A DNA stretch of 63,930 nucleotides, filler included, from Octopus bimaculoides (GCF_001194135.2; 5 parts of 5 records of this genome joined end to end with filler, not necessarily neighbours in it), one strand, 5' to 3'; positions 36,047 to 51,745 are shown, numbered from the whole stretch's first letter. The notes: a model not told the origin generated them from the sequence alone. Numbers and translations are program-made.

Positions 36047-39000
36047 ATATATATATATGGATGTATATACGTGTATACATGAATATACATGCATGTATAA
36101 ACGCGCACGCATATATATTCTTTACTCTTTTACTTGTTTCTGTCTCTGTTTTATATACATGCTAGAGCACCGCCTACTCACGTACGCACGCACACTTACA
36201 CATACGCATACACGTGCACATACGCATACACGTGCACATACACACAGAAGCACACACACACGCGCGCGCACGCACATGTTTACGTTTCCGACAGATTAAT
36301 ACCAAGTAGTGTAAAAAAATTGCTGTAGTATACAAACTACTCACTGCATTAGTTAACTGTAATATGTTTTTCCTCTGTGCCACTACTGTTAACAGTAAAG
36401 GTTATATATGACTCTCTCTACGTACAGCAAATGAATTTGATTGAACGGATTATATTCAAAATCCCTCGAGGGAGAATTGAATTTAGGTATGACGTCAAGC
36501 CCAAGAAATGATAGATTACAATTTAATCCTGAAGACCAGTGAATACATTGACAGATAGATCAGAGAAACCCTGAAATATACAAATTTCTTTGAATAGACA
36601 TCTTAGAAGCCACAAAGAAATTTTGCTTCTTTCCAATTACGAAAATCCTATTAAATTTACTATTAAAAAACAAAAACAATGTTAGTGTCATAACATCAAA
36701 ACATTATTAAAAACTAATTAATCTAGAATATAGATTGTACTTTTTTTTTTACTATATTTTGTAGGAAATAGTAAATAGGAAAATATTGAGCATGCTGTTG
36801 AAAAGAATCATAACTGAAGTAATACTGCAATGTACCAGTAGTCGTGCTATATAATCAGCTATTTAGTTTTAATATGAGGTTACAGTAACAATAAACACAT
36901 AATCATATTTTCAACATTTTCTAAATGTTAAAAGTTATTTGAACACTTGTGGACTCAGAATGAGCTACTCTATGATCAGTAACATTCTAGCTGTGATCCT
37001 CTCGTCATGAACATAAGTATACAGGACTAAATTAGATTGCTAACAGCTTTCTATTAGATGGAAATTTAACTGTTAATTCTAGTAAGACAGGGAACCATGT
37101 TAGAAGTTATCCTGAACAGATGGGTTACAGATTCACTTCATTGATGTTGTAATTGTGTAGCTTGAGATCTATTTCATCATCACTTCTATTTTATTCAAAC
37201 TTATAGAAATTTTGTTAGTGTGTGTTTTAAGATAGAGGCAAGTAATTCTCGTAAAATTATAAAAGTTACCGACAATAGAAAGACAAAACTTCTTACAAAT
37301 TAAAAATTATACAAATGAAAAATTATACAATAATTCAAAATAAGTATCATAATAGAAAATCAAAGCTTGTTGTTGCTATATGCTGCAACATTTATGATGT
37401 TTATTATTATTACTGTATGATTACGTAGACCACATAGTCCTGAATGCAAAAATAATTAGAGTATTTTATTCTTTTCGTCAATTTGTATTCTCCACGGTAG
37501 ATATATTAAGTAGAGATGCACTCTATCTATGAAATCATAAGAGGTACATAATTTTTTTTCGGCCAAATTAATATGATCTATAGTTAGAAGATATCAAAAT
37601 TGTAGTTAAGATATGTTTTGGAGGAATTTTCATGTGCCATAACTATTCAAATAATATTTGTATTTGTATTGTAGTTAACAGCATCAAACTTATATAACTG
37701 AAACAAGTGATATCTAATTTTGACATTAGTATACATGACAAGAGTACTAGCAACAGTAGAGATGCAAAATATTATGGGGATATCAAAGCAAGTTTACAGT
37801 GTAATGTATTGGACACATCAATTTTATTAGACAATAGTGTTCGTTTTTATAAACACAACTGAAAAAATACTTTTGCAATTCTTTTACGAGTTTAATTCTT
37901 ACTCTCCTTCTTAGACTAATCTTCTGCTCATTTCAACTTCTCTACCGTTACAAGCTGCCCGTTCTTCCCGACACCTTTCTATCAACATAAGCATTATTGG
38001 GAGAGAACTTGGCGATCGTACGATTGTGCATTGTTCATATTTACAACTATAAAATCTTAGAAAAGCTACTATCATTAAGATTATCATTCCATAGACTACT
38101 AATCGCACCTTTACATCAGAGAATAAGCTTTCCTAGTAATTCTTAATAATATGTTTACACTACGCTTTAATCGGTTTAATTTCCGATCCTTAGCAGATGT
38201 TTTATTCTTGTATGAGTACATACAATATAGAGTAAAGGAAAATATCTAAAAAAATATTCTCTGCAGATGCGTTTACTCTCAGCTATGTCATTTGATTCAA
38301 TTCTGGTGGTGAGTTATTCTGTTATGAGATTTCTACTCACTATATGGTGATGGAATGAAAATATCTTTTGTACGAATAATGGAACCCAAGGCTGCTTTAT
38401 TCAAATGTAATGTTTATGTACGTCGGTACACATAAACAGCTATTGACATATGCATAAATGTACACGTATATACCACGCAGATTCATCACTGTTTCAGGTT
38501 TCCAAATTACTCTCGAAAGGTACTTATCTAATATGCAACACAGCATTTATTTATGAAACGAACCTCTTACTTACGCAGTCATACCAGCCTTACTTACACA
38601 GTCATATTCATCCATCCATCCGTTCACCCAGCCACCCAGCCAGCCAGCTAGTTGTGCAAGCATGTATGCATGGGCACATACTTATTATACATAACTTATT
38701 ATACATACATACATACATACAAACAGACAAACAGGCAGACATGCATATGTGCATATGAGTGTGCATTCGTATGTATAAATACAAAGGAGTGTGTACAAAC
38801 ACTCGCTTTCTCTATAAACCAAAATCCTAAAATATGATGACTAAAAGTCAACTAGAACATAAATTCTAACTGATTTTGTTTGTTGCAGTCAGCCAAATCA
38901 TTGTCAATATAATATCTCAAAGCGTCATTCAATAAACATGATGGGTAAAAATCTATTAATACATCACGTATTGGCTTTTTTCTTGAATAATTTCAATTCC

Positions 39001-41198
39001 AGAAGCATTAGTCTATGTAAACGTTCTATATAATGAATGATAAATTATATAATATTATATTGGCGCTTCATTAGTCATTATGTTTCAAGCAAGAGATAAA
39101 ATTTCTGAAACCAAAGACATGAAAGGGAAAACCTCTGTTTATTAAGATCAGTGACCATATATTATTTTTTTACACTATCATTTTATTTAAGTAATATTCG
39201 TTAGCCAAAAGACTAGAACTAATTATCGTTAAATTGCATTATATATATAAATTATGTGCCATTACGTCCAGTCCACTGATCTCAGAGCACTTTAGTGTCG
39301 CTACCGTTGCTTTTCAAATGGCTGACAATCTCCTTAGCCGACATCAATCATTATTTCACTGTAGTTAACGTAATATTGTTTAATATAAACAAAATTATGA
39401 CTTAATTAAACTGAAGTTATTAATTACATCATCTTCAGTAGGAACTGCGCTGCATAGAAGAGAGTACACATCAGGAATAATTATAATGTAACCTGATTTT
39501 GTGTTTTATTCGTCACCATCTCGCATCTATGCAGATAATTCTTCTATAAGAATATGTATATGCCACATTCACAATCTAATTCTGCACCTGAAATATAGAG
39601 AAGGCACTGCTGTGTGTCGGAAGAAATCAATATTATGTGACTCGTAGTAGAGAAAATCTCCACGAAAAGAAACGGCAGGGTCATTTTAATTTTCCCTGTG
39701 TTTGCAGCTGATTTCTATGTATCAACGCCTATGAATTAGACATGCATTTCAAACCATCGGATTTCTTTCATCATTGGTAAATTCAGATCATTTTATCAAT
39801 TAAGAGAAATAAATTCAACGCAAATTAAGGGCAGTACGCTTTTCAGAGAAATAGTAAGAAAGCAACTATATTATCATATTTGCAGTTATCATGTACTATT
39901 TTAAAGAAAGCAATATCTCACAAAAATGTTAAAACATTAGAAATAACAAATAAATAAACAAATAGATAAATAATTTGTCTTTTTCTATGTCTTTCTTTCT
40001 AGTTTTCTGTTCACCTATCTACCTCAGAAACTGCTACAAGGTTAAGAATACATAATCACGAGTTTCCAGCTACAGCTGATTTGTCACCGTTCAGAAATCC
40101 GCCAACAACATAAAAAGTCCGTTGCAGTAGACATTACTGTTATCTATCAATATGAGCTTCGAATATTGCTGCTGTGAAGTCGTCAATTTCTCTGCATTGA
40201 TCGACAACCGAAATCTCAACACATATTCCACTGCAGCAATTAATACTGCCTTTAGTATTATCGATTACAATTTTTATTTTCTATCTCCACACAACAAAGT
40301 ACATAATACATTGATAAAGTCTATAGAGAAAATAAAGTAAGAACGTAAACATCGTATATATTTATCGACATATCGGCTTGGGCAGATTTGTGCGTAACAA
40401 ATTAAATATGTTTTTATGTATATCATATATAATAAAAGATTTATACAGCCTCATAGGAAAATGTGCGTATGTTATGGATAGGATACACAGGGATCCGTAT
40501 AGAATGCAGTATTCTTTTGCCGAAGTAATATCATTTTGGTGTAAGGCAAAAGCCATATATTAATAGTGTGATGCTAAGGTTATTTCAATGTATCGCGATA
40601 TATCAAATTTTGCTATTGAAATTACACCTTGGTAACTATAAAAACTATTTAAAATATTTGCCTCTTGACCACTCAGAACTTCATAGTTTTGTTGAGAAAC
40701 ACTCGTGATACGCGTTGTGTCCTGCGCATTTTAAACCTCTGGGAACATATACCTTGGAAAACCTGAATACACATGATTTCTTCCAGAGATAAAACAGAGG
40801 GAAATTAAATATTGAATAGCAAGAAAGAAGCACCCAATACAGCACTGGCATATTAAATATCAACGCAATAAAGATGTGAAGGAAGCTAATGTCGGTTGGA
40901 TTTGAAAACAGCGCGCAGAAAGCCAGAACGAGTGCTTCAAGTTATTCTGTCTAAAGTGCGAATAATCTTATAACTCATTAGCTTATTAGTAAAATTATAA
41001 GCGGCTAAAAATGACAATTATGGATTAATTCACACACTCTAAATTTCGATGCGATATGCATAGAGAAAGATAATATACATATTTCTTTATGCCATGCATG
41101 ATGCTAATAAAATAATATTGATAGATTGATTTTTCGAACATAAATATGGATCAAGGTACGAAGACCGATTGATCTTAGCAGAAGAATGAAGCATTGCT

Positions 41199-41206
41199 GA
41201 TCTCTC

Positions 41207-41285
<79 letters not shown>

Positions 41286-41360
41286 CTATCTCTCTCCCTC
41301 CCTCACTCTCTCTCTCCCTCCCTCACTGTCTCTCTCTCCCTCTCTCTCTCTCTCAGTCCC
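41199..41360. repeat. (TC)n/(TCTA)n compound microsatellite
   Basis: Direct reading. Confidence 0.95.
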
Positions 41361-42587
41361 TCTCCCTCTCTCTCTCCCTCTCGCTCTCTATCTATATGTC
41401 TGTCTTTCCCTGTCACACATACACACTGTAGCACACACTCTCTCTCACTATCTCTATCTGTTGGTCTGTATCTATATCTGTCTCTCACTCACTCTATCTA
41501 TCTTTATATATATATATATATATTCACACACACGTACATTGCATGTTCTGGAGTGTATAGATCATCTGAGTTGAATATATATCTCTCGATCGAAGGTTCA
41601 TGATAGACCGATATTCAGGCAAGAACTGTCACAAACGTATTTCGTGTTATATAAATATATGTTGTGAATTTAGTAGTTTCAGCATTACATCTGTGTGTTG
41701 CCGTCTTATTCGTGTAGGCACAGAAGCTGTTTCATTTCGTCAGGTATTGTATAACCTAATATGATGTTTAGTAATCTTCAAAATTAGGACATTGAGAGCA
41801 GCGATGACTTCTTCAATTACACTTACATAAATAACAAATGAAAAGTGTTGCTCACAATATCTATTTGCTCCATAACAGGACTATAGATCACAATAAATTA
41901 AAGACATTAAAAAGTATATATTCCATACATAATTATGTTGAATCTCAATATAAATATAAATGTGCATATATATATACGTATATATACACGAATATATATA
42001 TACATACTACATATATATANNNNNNNNNNNNNNNNNNNNNNNNNNNNNNNNNNNNNNNNNNNNNNNNNNNNNNNNNNNNNNNNNNNNNNNNNNNNNNNNN
42101 NNNNNNNNNNNNNNNNNNNNNNNNNNNNNNNNNNNNNNNNNNNNNNNNNNNNNNNNNNNNNNNNNNNNNNNNNNNNNNNNNNNNNNNNNNNNNNNNNNNN
42201 NNNNNNNNNNNNNNNNNNNNNNNNNNNNNNNNNNNNNNNNNNNNNNNNNNNNNNNNNNNNNNNNNNNNNNNNNNNNNNNNNNNNNNNNNNNNNNNNNNNN
42301 NNNNNNNNNNNNNNNNNNNNNNNNNNNNNNNNNNNNNNNNNNNNNNNNNNNNNNNNNNNNNNNNNNNNNNNNNNNNNNNNNNNNNNNNNNNNNNNNNNNN
42401 NNNNNNNNNNNNNNNNNNNNNNNNNNNNNNNNNNNNNNNNNNNNNNNNNNNNNNNNNNNNNNNNNNNNNNNNNNNNNNNNNNNNNNNNNNNNNNNNNNNN
42501 NNNNNNNNNNNNNNNNNNNNNNNNNNNNNNNNNNNNNNNNNNNNNNNNNNNNNNNNNNNNNNNNNNNNNNNNNNNNNNNNNNNNNNN

Positions 42588-42659
<72 letters not shown>

Positions 42660-43443
42660 ATTGTACATTTGCATGTTACTTGTATAAATATGAGAAATAC
42701 ACTAACATTCAAATATATATACATTGTAAACATGTTACACAGGCAGATACGCTATGTGTTCTCATTTGTGCTCATATATACCAGCATGAACATATGTGTG
42801 TATGTATATATATATTCATATATATACGTATGCATGCGGGTGCCTGTGTATATGTTCACATAAAGACACTAACCTATTTATATATATATATACATACATA
42901 TATACTTAATTTCCTACACACTACAAATACACACACGTACACGCACCCTTAAACATATATATATATATATATATGTACTAGTATGTTGATAATTGTATGG
43001 TCCATATACAAGCAACTGTACTCTTCACATTTAAAGGCATTCTGTACCTGCATATCAGTGTGCTAGTTAAGTATTTCCTACTTTAATACTCAGATACAAA
43101 TCGGTACCCTACCAAACTCATTAACATTTTTGTGTGTAAGTATGATACATAATCAAATTCGGGTACTGCAGTGGGTTGTGTACTCCACCATCCAATGTCG
43201 TACGACGTGGGGCGCCAATTACAGGATAGGTTACTATGCAGGATACGAGCCAAATATTAGTTTAAAACATATAAATAAGCGGGGAAGAGATGGGTCGTTC
43301 ACAGTCTGGTGAGTCATACATGTGTTTCGCCCAAAAGCCCAAGTTATTACGCTGAAATATTATGCAGCAATGCGTTGTACCTCATCAATGTCCCGCAATG
43401 TTTTTATGCATGATATGTATGTATATACGTATACATATACATC

Positions 43444-43477
<34 letters not shown>

Positions 43478-43663
43478 TATATATATATGTGTGTGTGTGT
43501 GTGTGTCTGTGTCTGTGTGTGTGTCTGTGTATGCATGTATATACACACATATAAATATACATACATACCTATATCTATATAATTATATTTTTATATATAT
43601 ACACACATACACACACACGCACACACACACGCGCACACACACATACACAAACACACACATATG

Positions 43664-44460
43664 CAGGGTCGCCATTTTACACTTTTAATTTTTCGCATAC
43701 GCATTGTTTGTTTTGTCGACTACACTGTATAGTAGGGTCAGTTGGGCACCGTTTCTAAGAAAGATAGCACCATAGCGCAAATTCACCCTGCCACAAATTT
43801 GGAAACGACATGCTGTACTGCTTCGCATTCGCGCTGGAAACTCCCACATGAACAGATGGTGAACACACAGAATAACCGTTGGCTTTTAGAAAATGATAAA
43901 AATCAAAGAACGAGTCAACACCATCTTCCCCCCCCCCCCACAGCCTCAGAATCAACNNNNNNNNNNCATCTTCCCCCCCCCCCCACAGCCTCAGAATCAA
44001 CATGGATGTCTACATTAAGTGCTTTGTGGAGGTAGTACTGCGCTGGCTCAAGAGGGTGGCTTGTGGCAGACCTTGTGTCTCGCAACAGGACTCTGCACCA
44101 TGCCACACAAGCAGGAGAACTCAGTCACAGCTGTCAGCCAATATCTGCGACCACATCACCCCTAGCATTTGGCCACCTAACTCCCCAGACTGCAACATCC
44201 TTGATTATTATGTGTGGGGTGCAGTTGAGCGAGAGACCAGCAAAACTCCTTGTAACACCAAAGATGAACTGAAGGCAAGGATTATGGCAGCATTCACCAA
44301 CTTAAACAAGGAGACCGTCCAGAAAGGTTGCAAGAGTATTTAGTATTTAGTGTTTCAAGGTATTTTTATGTAATTTTTGTAAATGTATTTGTTAAAATGA
44401 GATATCAGAGTTATTTTCCTTTTTGCGAAATTTAGATGACAATATATTCACCGCACCCTG
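43664..44460 (+). mobile_element. Internally deleted maT (DD37D) Tc1/mariner transposon
   Basis: Ends cagggt..accctg+TA; ORF 44002-44343 has QQDSAPCH and WPPNSPDCNILDYYVWG with 37 residues between the second and third catalytic Asp. Confidence 0.88.
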
Positions 44461-45293
44461 TATATGCCCATTTAAACATGGATGTTCTGTTAAAACAAAC
44501 TACACTGCGGTAGATACCATGAGAGTAATTCTCATATTGGCTTTTGTTGCAAATTGGCCACTTGGTATGTATTGCAGTATAGTTTTGTTCTAACAGAACA
44601 TCGACGTGAAAGTGGGCATAAATATTACCTATCGGTATTAATATTGCCTCTGTCACTAATAAATATTTTATATTTGTATGTTTGTGTATATGTATGTGTA
44701 TGTCTATATCTATATATAAATTTGGCGCCATGACCAGGAATATCGTACGTTTTACGCTGGCGTAGCCGAGCTGTTCCCTCGTCAATATGTGAAGAAGACG
44801 TTCCTCGCTATGTGGCCAGGATTTTATGTCATACTTGCAAACATAACCTATCATAAATTTTTTAACACGTTGCTATTCACTGTGATGATCTCTTGTTAAA
44901 ATGTTTGCTCTGTATATAATCGTGTATAGGTATCTATTTAGAGTGAATTCATAGAAAATTGCATTAAATAATAAAAATAAAATCAGCTATAAAAAAGAAA
45001 AGCTATTCACATACGTTGATAATGTCCAGTGTTAATGTCGTGTGGAATGTGATAATGGGTTAAAATTGATAATTAACATCGAATGAGATATGATAATTGC
45101 AAATTTGAATTGATAATGTTGAGTGAAAATAAATAATCTTGAACAGCAAATGGTAATGACGAATAGGAACTGGTAATACTGAATGGAAGGAGATAATTTT
45201 AAATGAAAATTCATAATTGTAAGTGTGAAGTGAGACTGTTGAATGGAAAGTAATGGCGTTGATTAGAATATGTTAATGCTGAGCTGGAGTCAT

Positions 45294-45377
45294 AATGTTG
45301 AGTGATAAATGTTGAGTGATAAATGTTGAGTGATAAATGTTGAGTGATAAATGTTGAGTGATAAATGTTGAGTGATA
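45294..45377. repeat. Minisatellite, 6 x 14 bp (aatgttgagtgata)
   Basis: Six identical adjacent units. Confidence 0.95.
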
Positions 45378-45445
45378 AATATTACTGAACGGATAGTGAT
45401 ACTATTGAATTGGGTGGTGGTATTCTGAATTATTTAGGACTTTAA

Positions 45446-45663
45446 TAATAATCTTTTCTACTCTAGGCACAAGGCTCGAAATTTTAGGGAAGGAGGCCAG
45501 TCGATTAGATCGACTCCAGTACGCAACTGGTACTTAATTTATCGACCCCGAAAGGATGAAAGCAAAGTCGACCTCAGCGGAATTTGAACTCAGAACGTGA
45601 AGACAGACGAAGTATCGCTAAGCATTTCGCCCGGCGTGCTAACGTTTCTGCCAGCTCGCTGCC
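45446..45663 (-). mobile_element. SINE family B, full length
   Basis: Reverse complement ggcagcgagctggcagaaacgttagcacgccgggcgaaatgcttagcg..gagttcaaattccgc; matches 61121-61352. Confidence 0.92.
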
Positions 45664-47355
45664 TTCGAATTTAATAATAATGCATATACAATGTTCATGC
45701 ACACTTGCACACACACGTANNNNNNNNNNNNNNNNNNNNNNNNNNNNNNNNNNNNNNNNNNNNNNNNNNNNNNNNNNNNNNNNNNNNNNNNNNNNNNNNN
45801 NNNNNNNNNNNNNNNNNNNNNNNNNNNNNNNNNNNNNNNNNNNNNNNNNNNNNNNNNNNNNNNNNNTATATATATATATATATGTATATAAATATACACA
45901 TATATATATATTTATATATATACATGCATATAAGTAATTGCCCTGTGTGAGGGGAGGGGGTGTTAGTAAGTGAGTGGGTCTAAAAGTATTACACCTTAGT
46001 CTCGGTAATCCGCAGATAAATGTCTTTTGTACGCTAATGTAGATATTCCTATGTTTATTTGACCCCAGTGCTTTTTTTTTTTTTTTTCCAATTCACAATT
46101 TTCACTTTTAGTATTCCTAATTTCCTCAATTTTTTTGTTCTGTATATCGTTAAACATGAACTATGAATATCGTCAGCTTTAAATATTCAGATATAGACGT
46201 ACACATTACACACTCATTTTTATGAAATGATCCGTTATGTTACTAAATTTTATATGAATATTCTTGAAACAGAAATGCAGATATATATATTTCTTATTTA
46301 AGAAGTAAATGAAACACATAACTGAAGCATTTCGAATTTCGAATTTCCTCTGCCCAATGTGCTCTTTCCCGCATGCTTAATCTCACTCACTTCCAATGGT
46401 CTTTAGTAACCTATTATATTTGGACTCCTTATTGTTACATATACGCCAGACTTTTCACAAGTAATTCCAACTGCGGAATCAGATATCACGACATATCAAG
46501 TGGATATGTACGGAATGACTCGTACATATTTAACCTTGCAAAAGACAATCAAAGTTGAATATTTCTGAAATGAACATAACATTTAGAAGCCTATCACGGA
46601 ACCACTTCACGACGCTCGACCCGCTACACAAAGTACCAAAGAAACGCTTAGGTCACACCATACCATGTTAGAAAATGAAATGATACCTTACAAAGCGCTA
46701 CTTGGTGATCAAGGCCGGAATGCTTTTGATCATAGTTTTAAAAGATCAGTGTTGACGGAATCTCATCACGGACAACCAGTTTGGGTTAGTGTATCACCAT
46801 GTCTCTTATTATTAAATACTATTGCAAAATACTTTTTTTTAAGTATATGTCCTCCCTGAGCTTTACAGAAAAAAAGTAGTAAAACCTTTCATAACTCACG
46901 CAATATCATCTTAGAATGGACTCTAAATAATGAAGTCCACGTTTATACCATGGCAATAAAAAAAAAATGGAAAATAAGATCGTCAACTCTGAAATGCTTT
47001 CGATGAGGGCTCCCTGAATTTGAACAACAATTACATTCAAACTGAAATTTTTCTCTCACTTAATTTTTTAGACCCTCTAATATCCTAACTGTGTGTAATT
47101 TTATACTCGTATAGGCTATGTATCTACTTTCTACATTCATTCATGTATTCCTAACGCTCTTTATATAATGAATATATGCGCGCGTGTGTGCATCTGTTCA
47201 ATATTACATAACCGTTGCTCTCATTCATTATTTTACTGATTATCTATTTTACCCATCTTACGAAATACTGCATTATATATAGTACAGGCTTTGTTATATC
47301 AATCTACTACAAGTCTGCACTAACAATTATCTAATTGGTGGGTTTTTATTTATTT

Positions 47356-47463
47356 GCAATCGCTAAGGTATGTTATTTAGTTCTATATAGTAATTTCCAA
47401 ATAAACACAGCAATCGCTAAGATATGTTATTTAGTTCTATATAGTAATTTCCAAATAAACACA
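47356..47463. repeat. 54-bp tandem duplication (53/54 identical)
   Basis: gcaatcgctaag(g/a)tatgttatttagttctatatagtaatttccaaataaacaca twice. Confidence 0.95.
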
Positions 47464-48290
47464 GCCTGTTGATCAACTCGGTATAATGTCTTGTATATAA
47501 TAATAGTATGATAAGGTGACCACGTTTCTGAGAGTACCAAAATATTGTAAACTCGCAAAGCTTCCTCTATTTCACGATGTAGGTTTTCCTACAAAGGCAA
47601 CATTGAAAGTATTTTCTCCTGTAACATGAATTAATTTTGTCTAAAGTGTGTTAAAGGATATTCATTTTGCTATAAATTACGAAATCCAGATCACCAAACA
47701 AGTGTGTCTAGATATTGATCGCCGTTTTTTCAAAACAAGTCTCCATCGCGAATATTTTATGCACAGTGAATCAACGACCCGTTTTTATAGTAACAGTGCC
47801 TGTTTTTCTAGTAACAGGGATCCAATTGTTATTACTTGTTCGCTAAATGACCGCCGAGAGAAACTGTCATTGACACCTCAGTGTGTATTTTTGGACACAT
47901 GTGTGAAGACATTCATTAGACAATGTCGATCATATAGAAATAGCAGGACAATTTAAGAGACAAAATAAAATGCGTAAGCTATTTCATTTGACGAATGAAA
48001 TATAAAAATCCGGTCTGCAACTACCTGTTGAGACACAATCTATAATTACCTCCAGTTTATAGTGTGTGTAAGTTTTTCGTATGTATTTATGTAATATTTC
48101 GACTGATACACACTTATACAAACTAAATTTTCGTTCACTCTCTCTATCTCCTCACTTTACTTTTCTTTCTTTATCTCACACACAGACACACATAGACATG
48201 TATATTCAAAAGGACATTAACGTAGATGGTGTTTGCATATGTGCATAATATTATTTCAGTCCACAAACACACACACACATACACACACAC

Positions 48291-48333
<43 letters not shown>

Positions 48334-50496
48334 TATATATATATATATTTTTTTCCAGAGGATATATATATATATATATATTTAACACTGATATACGCAT
48401 ACATATTTATATATAAGCACAAACACACAAACACACACATGTGTGTATATGTATGTGTGTTTGTGTGTGTGTGTGTGTTTATAAGCGGAGAGAGGGGGAG
48501 ACAGAGAAACAGAGACAAAGAGAGATAAATAGATAGACTGACAGATATATAGATAGATGAAAGGAGAGAAAAGTGTAGAGATACTTGTACTTCAATATGT
48601 CTCTGTATGAATGCATTGATAATCCGCCGTCAAATATAGAAGAGGCAGATGTGAAGTTGTTTACCATGCACTGGGGTACATCCGAGTGAAGGTAGTAGTT
48701 ACTATGACACGCTGTTTCAGAAGGAATTCTCATCTCCTGATTTTGCTAGCCTGCGTTGTTGTTTCTTGCGATCCCTAACTTTCGTTATATTCAAGCAAAA
48801 TATAAGTGCATGTCTGTGTGCATGTGCTCGAGTGACTGAGTGTGCTTGTGACATTAAATGTGTGCGAGTGCGTGTGCCCACCCCTGTGTGTGTGTATACG
48901 TGCGTGAGTGTGTGCTACTTCAGGCTGCACATAATTTTACGCATACATTTACTCATATGAATACCATGTGGAAGTAATAGTATACGTTTATTAATAAACA
49001 CACGCATATATGCATGCACACACACATACCCATATAAATACATACATGCATACATATATACATACATACATACGTATATACATACATACAAATATACATA
49101 TATATATATATATATATATCTACCTATCTATCTATCTTAATGTGATACACGATCCCTATTGATCGACACACCCCTACTTTTTTTTTCCTTCCCCCTCCCA
49201 AAAAGAAAAGCTCTACATTGTATTTGTCCCATCTTTGTTGAGCCCTGTGTGGCTAATAAAAGAAATGTATCTATACACACACACTCAGATTTATATATAT
49301 ATANNNNNNNNNNNNNNNNNNNNNNNNNNNNNNNNNNNNNNNNNNNNNNNNNNNNNNNNNNNNNNNNNNNNNNNNNNNNNNNNNNNNNNNNNNNNNNNNN
49401 NNNNNNNNNNNNNNNNNNNNNNNNNNNNNNNNNNNNNNNNNNNNNNNNNNNNNNNNNNNNNNNNNNNNNNNNNNNNNNNNNNNNNNNNNNNNNNNNNNNN
49501 NNNNNNNNNNNNNNNNNNNNNNNNNNNNNNNNNNNNNNNNNNNNNNNNNNNNNNNNNNNNNNNNNNNNNNNNNNNNNNNNNNNNNNNNGGTCTCAAAGCG
49601 ACGAAAATATTTTGACAAATTAAATTTAAATGTTGAAGTGAATCTAACGGATTGTGTGTGTTATTTTAAATGGCTCATAAACACCTTCCACGCTGCAATT
49701 GTTTTCTTTCCAGCACACGATCTCAGATCAGGTCACTTGCTATGCAAGTACATCTCCGTAATATATATATATATATATATACATATATACATACGTACAT
49801 ATAGACACACCCATATGAATATATATCTACAGAGAGAAAATGAGAGAATGACAGAGAAAGAGAGACAGGGCCAGAAAGATAGAGAGACGAGCAAACGCAG
49901 TCACACACATCGGTATATAACAGAACAAGAAAGATGTCAATATATATATATATATGTGCTGTAGAAGAATATATTTATGCATCACAATTAGATGATTCAC
50001 TTTATCGCTGCACACCGTTTCCTACATTATGATGTTGTGGCGTTAATTATAAGCGTCTGCACGCGCACGTACGTTATACGTTTGTGTGCGTGTATTAATG
50101 TGAAATTATGTGCATTCGTCACATGATTTTTAAATATCTTTCGCCTCTTCTGCTCAGTGTTACCGTCTTAGTGTTTCTTCAGCTACATCTGCAGAAACCC
50201 TGGAGATTGTATACACTGACGAGTTTCTTTCCATCTCTCTTTCTATCTCTCTCTCTCTCTCCACACGCTCACACACACACACGCAAGCATACATATATCC
50301 ATTCATAATGCAAGAATACATATGCATATATAAGTGTACACACACAAGCACACAGACACACACACATATATACATGCACACATATAGATACATAATATAT
50401 TCGTATACATTCATACATGCATTCATATATATATTTACACACACAAATATATATATATATATAAATGTACATGCATACAAACACACATATGTATAC

Positions 50497-50528
<32 letters not shown>

Positions 50529-50537
50529 NNNNNNNNN

Positions 50538-50538
50538 N

Positions 50539-50607
<69 letters not shown>

Positions 50608-51202
50608 TCACGGTATTGCTATAGCTAAATAGCGAATGTTATTTTTAAGCAGGAGAGAGAGGGGGGAGTGAGAGAGAAAAAAACAAGAGTGAGAGAGAGA
50701 GAATGGGACACAAAAGGAGGCATTGAAATGAAGATAGAAAATGTTGATCTGCAGTACTTCTTATGCAGTATTTTACTGGGTCTTGGTGAGTAGAGGACGG
50801 AATGCGAAATTTCACTGGTCAACATAATACTGTATGTCAAAATGTAGAAGCATTATATTGCAGGGATTTTAAGCATTGGTTCAAGTTTCATAATTCATGT
50901 AGAGTATATCACATAGGAATAGTGCTAACAATCCGTGATGATAGTGTTTATAATACTCTGATTAATAATTTTTTTTTATACGTAACAACACAATAAAAAC
51001 AACATTAATAATAACAACAATAATAATAATACCAACAATAATAATGGTGTGGCTTTCAAATTTTGGCAGAAAGCCAGTAATTTCGGGAAGGGGGTAAGGT
51101 GATCACATCGCCCCCAGTTTTTAGCAGGAACTTATTTTATCAGGGTCGATAAAATAAGAATAGTGATAAAATCAACAGACAAATAGATTAATTGATAGAT
51201 AT

Positions 51203-51267
<65 letters not shown>

Positions 51268-51490
51268 CGGACACACAGACAGATATAGAGACAGACATAC
51301 TGACAGACACACTGACAGACACTCATTCAGGCATACTGACAAACACACAGACAGACTGACATATAGAGAGACAAATAAATAGATAGATCGATGGACTAGA
51401 TGGATAGATCAATAGATAGATAGATGGATAGATAGTTAGATAGATAGAGAGAGAGAGAGAGAGATTGATAGATAGATATACTCACAGACA

Positions 51491-51540
<50 letters not shown>

Positions 51541-51659
51541 TATTACTCCGACGGGCGTACAGGCAGATAGGCAGACACAGAGGCAGGCAAACAGACAGGC
51601 ATGCAGACAGCCAGACAGATAGGCAGACAGACAAACAGACAGATGGATAGATAGACTGG

Positions 51660-51690
<31 letters not shown>

Positions 51691-51693
51691 GCG

Positions 51694-51744
<51 letters not shown>

Positions 51745-51745
51745 G
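50538..51745. repeat. Cluster of (AGAT)n/(AGAC)n tetranucleotide microsatellites
   Basis: Arrays near 50538-50607, 51200-51265, 51490-51545 and 51660-51745. Confidence 0.9.

Noticed and set aside
37911-38130. Minus ORF with a hydrophobic segment (VRLVVYGMIILMIVAFLRF) as a terminal exon
   Set aside because: Weak acceptor, no recognisable family, no partner exons.
32270-38308. Short AG..GT-bounded open segments at 32270-32355, 36428-36486 and 38267-38308
   Set aside because: Expected by chance in AT-rich DNA; no homology and no consistent phase chain with the MIA/TANGO1 exons.
41716-41745. Minus-strand CTGACGA-aat-GAAAC-agcttct-GTG hammerhead-like string
   Set aside because: No stem II, G at the cleavage position and no stem I.
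47648-47956. 102-codon ORF in unique sequence
   Set aside because: Non-ATG start, no motifs and no splice support.
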